A stretch of DNA of 64,000 nucleotides from an uncultured Rikenellaceae bacterium (GTDB taxonomy: Bacteria; Bacteroidota; Bacteroidia; Bacteroidales; VadinHA17): positions 16,720-80,719 of the forward strand of contig CAYPHL010000002.1 in NCBI GenBank assembly GCA_964410385.1, in the 5' to 3' direction. This document shows positions 1-9,022 of this stretch, piece after piece. Below the pieces are notes generated by a model that saw nothing but the letters and a program-made list of their open reading frames with translations, ran no database searches and was not told the origin of the DNA. A program made the position numbers and the translations under genes. The first letter of the stretch is position 1, and the number at the start of each line of letters is the position of its first letter.

Positions 1-2838
1 CCGCCGCCACCCTTGCTTCCTTCATCAGAAACAGCTGTAAGGAAGGTTGAGATACATGATGCAAATGACATAAAGCGCTGGTACTGGAAAGCGAATGACG
101 GTATAAGGGAAACTACATGGCCTGGCGTTTATAATATGTCACGGCTGCCGGGCAGATATGATTATTTTGTTCTGCCCGACTGGGATTGTTATTCCGGCTC
201 CGGCCAGACAGTAAGGTTCACTCTTCCGGACGAGCAGTGGAATCACATCGAGATGTGGGGCAAAGCCTGGGGTCAGCTTACCCTGGAAGATGAAAACGGA
301 CCTGACTTTACTTTCGGCGTCAGAAGACAGGATCAGATAAAGTCTTTTCATCATCTGGCTGTATCTGAAAGGGGCGGTGTTGTCCGGTTCGATAATGCCC
401 TTATTGAAGAACCAATCGGGTCATTTGAAGTTTATAATATTGTTAGTGGTAGCGCACCTGAGGGATCTGCAAGTGAAACATTCATCGCAAAACCTTTTAT
501 GTCGACCCCTGAAAATAAATCCCTGAATGATGTTATCTCTTTCATCAAAGGGCGTTATCCGGCAGATGAAAGGGCCATGATGACCGGCGTACGGGAAGGA
601 AATGCCGGTAAATCCACAAATGAAAATCCGGATAGTGACATGCTACCTTTTGTACACATATTGATACCATATACAGCAAGTAAGGACAGAGGACTTGATG
701 GAATTGAAATTAGATTGCCTTCGCTGAATGTCAGCCCGACACACAGCGGTGTATATCCTGTTAATATAAGGATAAAGGATCTGTTGTGGCCCATGCGCGA
801 TCTGGCTGATTTCAGTTTTTCCGTAAAACCCGGAGAAGCTCCGGTATTGTGGATAGACACACGTGACAGGATACTGCCTCCGGATAAAGCTCTTTATCTG
901 ACTGTTGCCGGTGCCGGAAGAGATCTCACTACTGCGATGCTTTCAGGAACAAAGATCAGGCTGGTATTTAAAACTGCAGAGAACTCCTTAAATGAACATG
1001 TTACGGATCGTTTCACCCAGGTACGTGATTTGTATGCGCATATTGTTGAAGAGAGACCTGTTACCCCCAGATTAAATCTATATAACCGTTTTATATCGGA
1101 TTGTAACGACCTTTTGTCGGTACAATCCGATCACTGGCTTACACAGACATACAGGTATGCTCTCACCGGGGAAAACAGACCGGAATATAAAATACCTGAA
1201 GCGCCTGAGGGTATTCCTGAATGGGCATTCCTTCAGATAGAATATCTCAAAAAGCTTGAAAAGATAGCATCATATTATATTGATAACAGGCAGATAGCCA
1301 ACGGGGAATTCGGGGGCGGCCTTTCTGATGACGGTGATCTGACAAATATGTGGCCGGGTATGGCATTCCTGGGCATTGATCCTGATAAATTGCTTAAATC
1401 GCTCCTGCTGCAAATGTCAGCATACTATGATCAGGACCGTCCCTCAGATGAAGCCGGACTGAAACAGCGCAGTCTGCCTTTATTTACAAACGGACTGGCT
1501 ACCATTTTTACTGATGAACTGCATTCACTTGAAGAAGGGATCCAGGTAGTCGCTCAATGTATGCTTCTCGATTACGGAAATCCTCTGCATATTGAACGTG
1601 GAATGGAAACAGCCTCCAGGATGCTGAACGATATTACACAGGTTAATGATAAAGGTCATCGTCACTTCAGATCAAGATTTTACAGCGGAACACGAATTGC
1701 CGGAGAAGATCCGTGGCAGTGGTCCGTAAATCATTCATATCATGTCCTTCAGCCTGCATATCTTCTTGCCCGTTATAATGGTAACCCGCAGCTTATCAAA
1801 ATGATCACTGAACTTGCTGATGCTTTGCTTGATCATTCGGAAGACGGGAAATTACTTACCGAAATTAATTTTTCAACCGATGAGTCGAGGGACGATACGG
1901 GAAACAGGGGCAAGCCATGGTCGCTATTCCTGGCAGCATGGAAGCTCACAGGTAACAAAAAATATCTTGATCCTCTGCCTCAGAACTTCTTTTATAACCG
2001 GGATTTTAACATAAAAAAAATTGCAGATAATTACAGGAATGAAATTTCAAACCTCGGGATCCGCGAATATATAAATACCGAAGGAAGCTTATGGATCGAC
2101 AGGATATCATCATTCAACCCGGTAATTCAGGAAGACCGTCTGGGAGGGGTTGCATTAACAAGAACAAATATCCTTTATCCCATGAATCGTGTAAGCTGGA
2201 AATTTAAGGCACCGGCATCATATGAAAGTACGGCTGTATTTGTTCAGGAGTCCGGACCGGAAAAGATAAAGATAATAGCATTTAATCTGGAAAATGATCC
2301 AGTGAAGGCTGAAATGACACTCTGGGATGTGATTCCGGGAAAGTGGAGGATGACTGTGGGCATTGATACGGATGATGATCAGATACCAGATACCGACCTC
2401 GGTGAATCATCTGTTGTTACCGGCAGGGGAGAGGCGGTGGATCTTAATTTTGTGCCCCTAAAAAACACTATAATAACACTTGAGCTTAAAGAGCCTTCGG
2501 ATCAGGGATACTGGGAACTTGCGGATATTGCCATCGGCAAAGAGGATATTACGGTTTCAGAAAATGAAATTACAGTTCGTGTACATAACATCGGAGCAAT
2601 AATTTCTCCGGAAACTGAAATAGTTGTTACGGATGCGAAAGGAAAACGGATAGGTTCCGCATCGGTAACTGCCATTGATGCACCGGCCGATCTAAAACCA
2701 AAGCATACAGATATCAGGATCAAAATCCCTTCGGGGAACGGATATTCAGCCTCAAAGTTCGAACTTGATCCTGACCACAGGATAAATCAGATCACCCGTA
2801 AAAACGACTCAATAAGCTGGCAATTACTAACACCGTAA
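1..2838 (+). CDS. large hypothetical protein, 5' end cut by the window edge
   Basis: The frame is open from base 1 to TAA 2836-2838. The track's first 'M' (13) is a TTG, so the true start is probably upstream of the window. More than 940 aa, with no catalytic motif I can name. Confidence 0.6.
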   Translation, partial: PPPPLLPSSETAVRKVEIHDANDIKRWYWKANDGIRETTWPGVYNMSRLPGRYDYFVLPDWDCYSGSGQTVRFTLPDEQWNHIEMWGKAWGQLTLEDENGPDFTFGVRRQDQIKSFHHLAVSERGGVVRFDNALIEEPIGSFEVYNIVSGSAPEGSASETFIAKPFMSTPENKSLNDVISFIKGRYPADERAMMTGVREGNAGKSTNENPDSDMLPFVHILIPYTASKDRGLDGIEIRLPSLNVSPTHSGVYPVNIRIKDLLWPMRDLADFSFSVKPGEAPVLWIDTRDRILPPDKALYLTVAGAGRDLTTAMLSGTKIRLVFKTAENSLNEHVTDRFTQVRDLYAHIVEERPVTPRLNLYNRFISDCNDLLSVQSDHWLTQTYRYALTGENRPEYKIPEAPEGIPEWAFLQIEYLKKLEKIASYYIDNRQIANGEFGGGLSDDGDLTNMWPGMAFLGIDPDKLLKSLLLQMSAYYDQDRPSDEAGLKQRSLPLFTNGLATIFTDELHSLEEGIQVVAQCMLLDYGNPLHIERGMETASRMLNDITQVNDKGHRHFRSRFYSGTRIAGEDPWQWSVNHSYHVLQPAYLLARYNGNPQLIKMITELADALLDHSEDGKLLTEINFSTDESRDDTGNRGKPWSLFLAAWKLTGNKKYLDPLPQNFFYNRDFNIKKIADNYRNEISNLGIREYINTEGSLWIDRISSFNPVIQEDRLGGVALTRTNILYPMNRVSWKFKAPASYESTAVFVQESGPEKIKIIAFNLENDPVKAEMTLWDVIPGKWRMTVGIDTDDDQIPDTDLGESSVVTGRGEAVDLNFVPLKNTIITLELKEPSDQGYWELADIAIGKEDITVSENEITVRVHNIGAIISPETEIVVTDAKGKRIGSASVTAIDAPADLKPKHTDIRIKIPSGNGYSASKFELDPDHRINQITRKNDSISWQLLTP

Positions 2839-2970
2839 CGCCCTAATGCCCTAATACCGTAACACCATAACGTCGTTGCGCCCCTGCGTCTCTGTGCCTT
2901 TGTGCCACTGCGCCGTTGAACCCCTGCACCCTTTTGCCGTTGCACCGTTGCGCCGTTGCGCCTCTGCACC
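2833..2970. repeat. degenerate 8-bp tandem array (about 17 units: CCNTAANN x5 then CCNNTGNN x12)
   Basis: Read directly: ccgtaacg ccctaatg ccctaata ccgtaaca ccataacg tcgttgcg cccctgcg tctctgtg cctttgtg ccactgcg ccgttgaa cccctgca cccttttg ccgttgca ccgttgcg ccgttgcg cctctgca. The first unit overlaps the TAA of the upstream CDS. Confidence 0.9.
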
Positions 2971-3042
2971 AATACGTATAAATACCCCATTCAAAATAGG
3001 TCTTAATCCTCTTACCCGGTCTTCTGTATATCAATACTTTTG

Positions 3043-3058
3043 TTCTGATTAATCAGAA
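3043..3058. promoter_or_regulatory. perfect 16-bp palindrome TTCTGATTAATCAGAA, candidate operator upstream of the Hdr-like cluster
   Basis: The sequence is self-complementary over all 16 nt and ends 17 nt before the ATG at 3076. Confidence 0.4.
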
Positions 3059-3075
3059 GGAAATAAATCCAGGGA

Positions 3076-3789
3076 ATGCAGAATTACAGTGAAATGCTCA
3101 TGCAGGATATAAGGTTCGAAGAAGGACTTAATGCCTGTATGAATTGCGGTGTTTGTACAGCCATCTGTCCGGCAGCGGAATTTTATGATTATGATCCGAG
3201 AAAAATTGTAGATCTGGTTCAGTCGGGTGATAATGCCGAGATTGAAAAGCTTCTCAAATCTGAGACCATCTGGTATTGCGGAGAATGCATGTCGTGCAAA
3301 ACACGCTGCCCGAGAGGTAATACCCCGGCTCTGGTTGTAATGGCACTAAGAACTCTTTCACAGAAACTGGGATTCTTTACAGAATCTGAAAAAGGCAGAC
3401 AGCAATTCGCAATAAAACGAACCGTAGGTGAAAATATCTTCAAATACGGCTATTGTGTTGCAAGCTATGCCGTCAGTCCCGAAATGCACGCTGAGCAGGG
3501 CCCGATCTGGAAATATATCCTGGATAACAGTACCGATGTTTTTGAAAGAATGGGCGGTCATGTAGATGAACTCGGCGCCGGACCATTAAGAAAGATCCCT
3601 GAAGATGCAAAAGAAGAACTGAAGAAGATATTTGAAGTAACCGGAGGAATGGATTTCTATAATGATATTGAACGTCATTCAAGGAAGAAAGCTGCTGAAA
3701 TGGGACTTCAGTTCAGTGATAAAGGAATAGATAATGAATATTTTATCGAAGTATTCACTGCAAATAAAAAGGATCATCATATAAAATAA
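3076..3789 (+). CDS. heterodisulfide reductase subunit C-like 2x[4Fe-4S] protein (HdrC1-like)
   Basis: Two ferredoxin-type motifs, CMNCGVCTAICP and CGECMSCKTRCP, about 40 residues apart as in HdrC. It is the first gene of a tightly spaced five-gene cluster. Confidence 0.75.
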   Translation: MQNYSEMLMQDIRFEEGLNACMNCGVCTAICPAAEFYDYDPRKIVDLVQSGDNAEIEKLLKSETIWYCGECMSCKTRCPRGNTPALVVMALRTLSQKLGFFTESEKGRQQFAIKRTVGENIFKYGYCVASYAVSPEMHAEQGPIWKYILDNSTDVFERMGGHVDELGAGPLRKIPEDAKEELKKIFEVTGGMDFYNDIERHSRKKAAEMGLQFSDKGIDNEYFIEVFTANKKDHHIK

Positions 3790-3796
3790 TTAAGTT

Positions 3797-4858
3797 ATGC
3801 AACAGGATGGCAAGAAAAGGATATGGTCAGATTATCAGAAGGAAATAGCAGATGATCATTTCTTTTATGTGAGATCATGTATCAGACAAAGCTTCTTCCC
3901 CGGATCCGAACAGTTTTTTCTCCACTTCATGAGGGATATACTCGGGAAAGATGTATTTGAAAATCCTTCGCATACAACATGTACGGGAATAGGATATCAT
4001 GGTGATGTTGTTCCTCTGGCAACGATAATGACTGTTGTGGCAAGGCATTTTGCCCTGATGAAAGAGTCGGGATATAAAAATATTGCCATTTCATGCGTAA
4101 CATCCTTTGGCATTTACACCGAAATAATAGAAACCTGGAAGCATTTCCCCGAAGAGCTTGAAAAGACACGCGAATTCCTTTATAAAGCAACAGGCCGTGA
4201 GTTTGATGTTCCTGAGAATATGGCACATACGAGTGATATTATTTACAAATTCAGGAATGAAATAGCAGAAAAGGCTAAATATAAGCTTATAAACAAGGAA
4301 ACCGGAGAACCACTGAATGTTGTTGAACATATCGGCTGTCATTATTCAAAGATGTTCCCGAAATATGGTGTTGGAGGGGCAGAATTCCCGAACGTGCTTG
4401 GAGGTATGATAGACAGCTGGGGAGGTAAGGTAGTCGATTACCCCGAGAGAAGGCATTGCTGCGGATTTGGTTTCAGACAATACCTCGTTCAGGCCAACAG
4501 AGGGTATTCACTTTCAAATACAGTAAAGAAATTTGAATCGATGAAACCTTTCAAACCCGACTTTGTCCTTACAAACTGCCCTGGCTGTAATATGTTCATG
4601 GATAAGTGGCAATATACAATGAAGGAAATGGAAGGTACAGTATATGGCGAACACGGTGAATCGATTCCCATTCTTACATATGAGGAGCTTGCCGGACTGG
4701 TTCTGGGAATCAATCCGTGGGACCTGGGCCTGCAGTATCATATGGTTCAGTCTGAACCTCTTCTGAAAAAGATCGGTATCGAATATGATCCTGATAATAA
4801 ATTCAAAACCAAGGACGGAAGGCAGATGCCTGTTCCACAGAATCTGATCAATGCCTGA
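3797..4858 (+). CDS. heterodisulfide reductase subunit B-like protein (CCG-domain)
   Basis: Cysteine-rich CCG-type motifs (RRHCCGFGF, LTNCPGCN) plus an N-terminal degenerate copy (TTCTGIG). Its 3' end overlaps the next gene by 8 nt. Confidence 0.75.
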   Translation: MQQDGKKRIWSDYQKEIADDHFFYVRSCIRQSFFPGSEQFFLHFMRDILGKDVFENPSHTTCTGIGYHGDVVPLATIMTVVARHFALMKESGYKNIAISCVTSFGIYTEIIETWKHFPEELEKTREFLYKATGREFDVPENMAHTSDIIYKFRNEIAEKAKYKLINKETGEPLNVVEHIGCHYSKMFPKYGVGGAEFPNVLGGMIDSWGGKVVDYPERRHCCGFGFRQYLVQANRGYSLSNTVKKFESMKPFKPDFVLTNCPGCNMFMDKWQYTMKEMEGTVYGEHGESIPILTYEELAGLVLGINPWDLGLQYHMVQSEPLLKKIGIEYDPDNKFKTKDGRQMPVPQNLINA

Positions 4859-5885
4859 GAAAAAACATATTGCAGTAATAGGAGCGGGTGCTGCCGGGAT
4901 GGAAGCTGCAGGCCAGCTTGCCAGAGCCGGTTATATAATCACTCTGCTGGAAAAGGATGGAAAGACAGGAGGGCACGTTAAGGACTGGTATCATCTGTTC
5001 CCCGACAGACGAGACAGCGGAGAGGTTATTGAGTATCTTCAAAAACAGGCCGGACATAATAATATAACACTCCGGACCGGAATTACTGTTCAGGGCCTTG
5101 AGAAAAATAACGGTTCATTTGTGATAAAAACCTCCGGTGATGGTGAAATAAAATCGGATGCGATAATTGTCGCAACAGGTTTTGACCTGTTCCGGAGCGA
5201 GCGGAAGGAAGAATATGGCTACGGTATTTATGATAATGTAATCACTTCCGGCGATCTCGAGACAATGTTCAGGAAGAATGAAATAAAAAGGCATAACGGT
5301 GAAATACCCCGGAAGGTCGGATTTATCCATTGCGTGGGATCAAGAGATGAAAAGGTCGGTAACGTCTATTGTTCAAAGTTGTGTTGTGTAACGGCAGTCA
5401 AGCAGGCAATGGAGGTCAAAAAACATATTCCTGATGCAAGAGTTTTCTGCTTTTACATGGATATGAGAATGGGTGGAGCTATGTATGAAGAACTGTATAA
5501 GGAGTCCCAGGAAAAATACGGGATAAATTATATCAGGGGGAAGTTATCGGAAGTATCGGAAAATATTGAAAATAAACTTGTTGTGAAAGTTGAAGACACG
5601 CTTGCCGGCAGGCCCCTGAAAATGGAACTTGATATGCTGGTGCTGATGGCCGGGATGGAAATGTCTAAAAGCGGTCTTGATCTGGCACGATCATCAGGAC
5701 TTCAGACAGGGGAGAACCGGTTTTTCGCACCGGCCGATCATCATTTCGGTAGTAATAAAAGCAAAACAGACGGTGTATTTTATGCAGGCGCCTGCACGGC
5801 ACCCATGAATATCACCGAGACTATTTCTCATGCGCGGGCTGCAGCTGCAGATGTTATTGATTATTTCAGAAACCAGGAAAGCTGA
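4851..5885 (+). CDS. short HdrA-like FAD-dependent oxidoreductase (no ferredoxin or MvhD domains)
   Basis: N-terminal dinucleotide fold HIAVIGAGAAGMEAA...LLEKD. HdrA-type cluster motif CVGSRD...YCSKLCC. 344 aa. Confidence 0.75.
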   Translation: MPEKKHIAVIGAGAAGMEAAGQLARAGYIITLLEKDGKTGGHVKDWYHLFPDRRDSGEVIEYLQKQAGHNNITLRTGITVQGLEKNNGSFVIKTSGDGEIKSDAIIVATGFDLFRSERKEEYGYGIYDNVITSGDLETMFRKNEIKRHNGEIPRKVGFIHCVGSRDEKVGNVYCSKLCCVTAVKQAMEVKKHIPDARVFCFYMDMRMGGAMYEELYKESQEKYGINYIRGKLSEVSENIENKLVVKVEDTLAGRPLKMELDMLVLMAGMEMSKSGLDLARSSGLQTGENRFFAPADHHFGSNKSKTDGVFYAGACTAPMNITETISHARAAAADVIDYFRNQES

Positions 5886-6229
5886 TGGAGAAATTCGGAT
5901 TTTTTATATTGAAAGCCAGACATATCAATTATGATTCAAATGATAAGAGTATTGCTGAATACATCTCCGAGAGGGAACCAAGCTTCAGGATATGTATTGA
6001 ATGCGGATGCTGCTCTGCAACCTGTACGACAGGCAATTTTACCCGGTTCAGTCTGAGGGAACTTCAGATACTGCTTAAACGCGGCGAAAATGAGAGTGTA
6101 GGCGAGGTCATTAATAAATGCATGCTATGTGGTAAATGTACTCTTGCCTGCCCCCGCGGTGTCAATACAAGAAACGTGATTTTACTGGCAAGGGAAGCTT
6201 TTCAAAAAAGATTGAAAAATGCAGTTTGA
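5885..6229 (+). CDS. small HdrC-like 2x[4Fe-4S] protein (HdrC2-like)
   Basis: CIECGCCSATC and CMLCGKCTLACPRG with HdrC-like spacing. The start codon overlaps the previous stop (TGATG). Confidence 0.65.
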   Translation: MEKFGFFILKARHINYDSNDKSIAEYISEREPSFRICIECGCCSATCTTGNFTRFSLRELQILLKRGENESVGEVINKCMLCGKCTLACPRGVNTRNVILLAREAFQKRLKNAV

Positions 6230-8120
6230 TCCTTTTATAATACCTTTTAATATCGGCCTCTATTTCATCCTGATTTATGCGGTGGCCAGAAGTATAATCT
6301 GGTTCAGGGCACTTTCCCGTCCCGACAAGCTCAGACTTCAGAGAGGATTCTTCGGACGGGCATTTGGCCAGAGCCTTAAGGAAATTTTCCTCGAAAGCCT
6401 TATCCACAGGAAAATACTTAAAACCAATTTCCGTCTGGGATACATGCATATGAGCCTGGCTTTCGGATGGTTCCTTCTTATTTTATTCGGGACAATAGAA
6501 GCTGATATCTTCGGAGAATCACATCTCAATCCTCCGTATAAGGCTATATTTTTCAAGTTCTTTAATCCGGTTCACGGAAGAATGGGAATTGAAGCTGCTT
6601 ATGGTTTCCTCATGGATCTTATCCTGGCATTCATTCTTTCCGGTCTTATCCTGGCAGTCATTAAAAGATTCTGGTCACCTGTCGTAGGAATGAAAAGAAC
6701 AACAAAGCTGAAACCCCTCGACAAGGTCGCTCTTACATCCTTATGGCTCATCTTCCCAAGCAGGCTACTTGCAGAAAGTTTCACAAGCGGGGCATACGGA
6801 ACAGGCAGCTTTCTTACTGGAACTCTCGGTTCTGCCCTGGCATCCTTTCTCCCGGCAATAGAAATGGCTTACCCTTTCTGGTGGCTCTATTCACTTTCAC
6901 TTGGAACATTTTTCGTCCTTCTTCCTCTCACCCGTTATATGCATATTCCAACTGAGCTCTTCCTTATTTTTGCCAGGAATTCAGGCATCAGAACAGGCGA
7001 CCAGCCGGGTGCTTTTCAGGAAATGCAGATCTATTCATGCTCCTCATGCGGTATCTGTATCGATGCCTGCCAGCTTAACTTCTCTGCCGGTATAACAAAC
7101 ATTCAGTCAGCCTACCTGCTGAAAGGATTAAGAAATGAAACTGATGTGAGCGATATTGCTGATAACTGCCTGATGTGCGGACGATGCGATCAGAAATGTC
7201 CTGTGGGAATAGAACTCACTCCGATCAGGATGAACGCAAGAAGGGTAACGGAAACTCCTGTAAGCAATCCGGGCCTCCTGAAAAGATATTTTCCCGACCA
7301 CTCCTTCAATGTAAGATCCAAACCGGCAACAAGTCCTTCATATAACTGGCTTCCCGAGACAGACCCGGCAAAAGCCGATGTAATATACTTTGCAGGATGT
7401 ATGACCCATCTTACTCCGGCAATTAAGATTGCAATGAAAAAGATTCTTGAAGCATCGGGTGTAAATTATAATTTTATCGATGAAGACGGAGGAGTATGCT
7501 GTGGCCGCCCTCTCATGCTTGCCGGCCAGGACAGGGAAGCAAGGGAGCTGATTAATTATAATTCACGGGCTATATGGAAATCAGGAGCAAAGATACTGGT
7601 TACTTCATGTCCGATCTGCTATAAAGTATTCAGGGAAAGCTATTATCTCGATGTTGAAATTCTGCATCATACCCAGTTCATCAGACGGCTTATCCTTGAT
7701 GGTTCAATTAAACTGAATTTCCTTCGTAAAACAATTGCATATCATACTCCCTGCGAACTCGGTAGACGATCCGGTGTCTATGATGATCCGAAAAGGGTAC
7801 TGATGCATGTCGCCCGTCTTCTGAAAACCGGATTTGACGATGAAAATTCACTATGCTGCGGAGGAAGCCTCGGAAATACAAGGATAAGTTATCAGCAGAA
7901 GAATAAGATTGCATCTGACGCAGCTGCCGAACTTACAAAAGATAATCCGGATATTCTTGCCACTGCCTGTCCTCTGTGTAAAAAAACTTTTGCAGGAGCT
8001 ACTGAAACCAAAGTGGCCGATATAGCTGAAATTGTCGCAGAAGCCCTTGTTATTCAGGATCCGGTAAAAAATACATCTGGAAAGAAATTATCCAGACGGA
8101 AGGCAACTGCAATCATTTGA
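6219..8120 (+). CDS. membrane-anchored Fe-S/CCG-domain oxidoreductase (HdrE/DsrM-like membrane part fused to an HdrD/DsrK-like part)
   Basis: The N-terminal ~260 aa contain several long hydrophobic segments. They are followed by CSSCGICIDAC and CLMCGRCDQKCP, then CCG-type motifs VCCGRP, SCPICY, LCCGGS and ACPLCK. Overlaps the previous gene by 11 nt. Confidence 0.7.
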   Translation: MQFDPFIIPFNIGLYFILIYAVARSIIWFRALSRPDKLRLQRGFFGRAFGQSLKEIFLESLIHRKILKTNFRLGYMHMSLAFGWFLLILFGTIEADIFGESHLNPPYKAIFFKFFNPVHGRMGIEAAYGFLMDLILAFILSGLILAVIKRFWSPVVGMKRTTKLKPLDKVALTSLWLIFPSRLLAESFTSGAYGTGSFLTGTLGSALASFLPAIEMAYPFWWLYSLSLGTFFVLLPLTRYMHIPTELFLIFARNSGIRTGDQPGAFQEMQIYSCSSCGICIDACQLNFSAGITNIQSAYLLKGLRNETDVSDIADNCLMCGRCDQKCPVGIELTPIRMNARRVTETPVSNPGLLKRYFPDHSFNVRSKPATSPSYNWLPETDPAKADVIYFAGCMTHLTPAIKIAMKKILEASGVNYNFIDEDGGVCCGRPLMLAGQDREARELINYNSRAIWKSGAKILVTSCPICYKVFRESYYLDVEILHHTQFIRRLILDGSIKLNFLRKTIAYHTPCELGRRSGVYDDPKRVLMHVARLLKTGFDDENSLCCGGSLGNTRISYQQKNKIASDAAAELTKDNPDILATACPLCKKTFAGATETKVADIAEIVAEALVIQDPVKNTSGKKLSRRKATAII

Positions 8121-8178
8121 TGATTTTTTCACCAGATCTTCATCTGTCATACTTTATATTTATATCTACTTAATAACT

Positions 8179-8252
8179 CACCCCTAAATCCCCCGGGTGG
8201 GACTTTAAAATCTGAGCGCCCCTGGGGCAAAGGGGTGGCAGGAAGGGCGGGG
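8179..8252. repeat. dispersed element CACCCCTAAATCCCCC-gggt-GGGACTT followed by a G/C-rich tail; copy 1 of 2 in the window
   Basis: The same 16-mer plus the GGGACTT end recurs at 52737-52798. The tail contains the palindrome GCCCCTGGGGC (8218-8228). Confidence 0.8.
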
Positions 8253-8423
8253 ATTAATATAGTTGATGCTCCTGGGTTCTCTAAGGTGATACACTTTGTG
8301 TGTCAAAATGAGCCCTGATTTTTTAATGCTTTATTTAATAATTTAAAATTTTATCCGTGTACAATGGAATGGTTTTTGTAACGTTCTATATGCAGTAAAC
8401 CAAAAAAAATCTTTAAAAACGGC

Positions 8424-8975
8424 ATGAAAAGATTATTCTATTTTCTTATTGTTACAATTACAGGACTTGGCATTTTATCTTCATGTGGGAATAATGACAC
8501 AAAGACTGCAGATGAAAATGCAATGGTGAAAAAAATCATGCAGCAGCCCGACGGTACCATTTCTTTACAGTTGGATAATGCTGATTGTTACAGTGATAAA
8601 CAGGATCCTTCAGAAAATACTGCAGAATGGAACGTTGTTGTTTCAAAATCCGGAAGGTACAATGTATGGCTGTCAAGTGCCACACGTGATACAACTGATC
8701 TTAATTACAAGAATAAAGTACTTGTAAGTGTTCATGAAACCAGGATTGAAGGCCGTCCTGCCCCGGATAAGATAATAAGGAATTCAAGCGAGGTATCATA
8801 TCCATACTACAGAGCAGATTCATTTATCGGATCAATGTATATTAAAGATACCGGAGAATATCAGATACAGGTCATAAGCGAACAGATCCTGCCAGAGGAT
8901 GCATCTATGGGAGATGCTTCAAAAGAGGATTTATCAAAGCTCCTCTCTGTTTCATTCACTCCTGTCAAAAGATAA
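8424..8975 (+). CDS. hypothetical lipoprotein
   Basis: Signal peptide with a lipobox-like LSSCGNN. 183 aa, no recognisable catalytic motif. Followed by a clean terminator. Confidence 0.6.
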   Translation: MKRLFYFLIVTITGLGILSSCGNNDTKTADENAMVKKIMQQPDGTISLQLDNADCYSDKQDPSENTAEWNVVVSKSGRYNVWLSSATRDTTDLNYKNKVLVSVHETRIEGRPAPDKIIRNSSEVSYPYYRADSFIGSMYIKDTGEYQIQVISEQILPEDASMGDASKEDLSKLLSVSFTPVKR

Positions 8976-8995
8976 AAGGTAAATTTCCTGGCGAT

Positions 8996-9022
8996 GGGCT
9001 GCGGATGGCAGCCCTTTTTTTT
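8996..9022 (+). terminator. rho-independent terminator
   Basis: GGGCTGC-ggatg-GCAGCCC stem-loop followed by T8. It overlaps the stop codon of the convergent purL. Confidence 0.8.

Noticed and set aside
2787-3034. ORFs 2787-2990 and 2843-3034 (minus), and the analogous ORFs at 17457-17687, 28263-28810, 32557-32799, 43944-44284 and 59382-59629, which encode Arg/Ala/Gln- or Pro-rich repetitive peptides
   Set aside because: They are simply translations of the tandem-repeat arrays or REP hairpins. Their periodic peptide sequence mirrors the DNA period. They have no plausible start context, and some overlap real gene ends.
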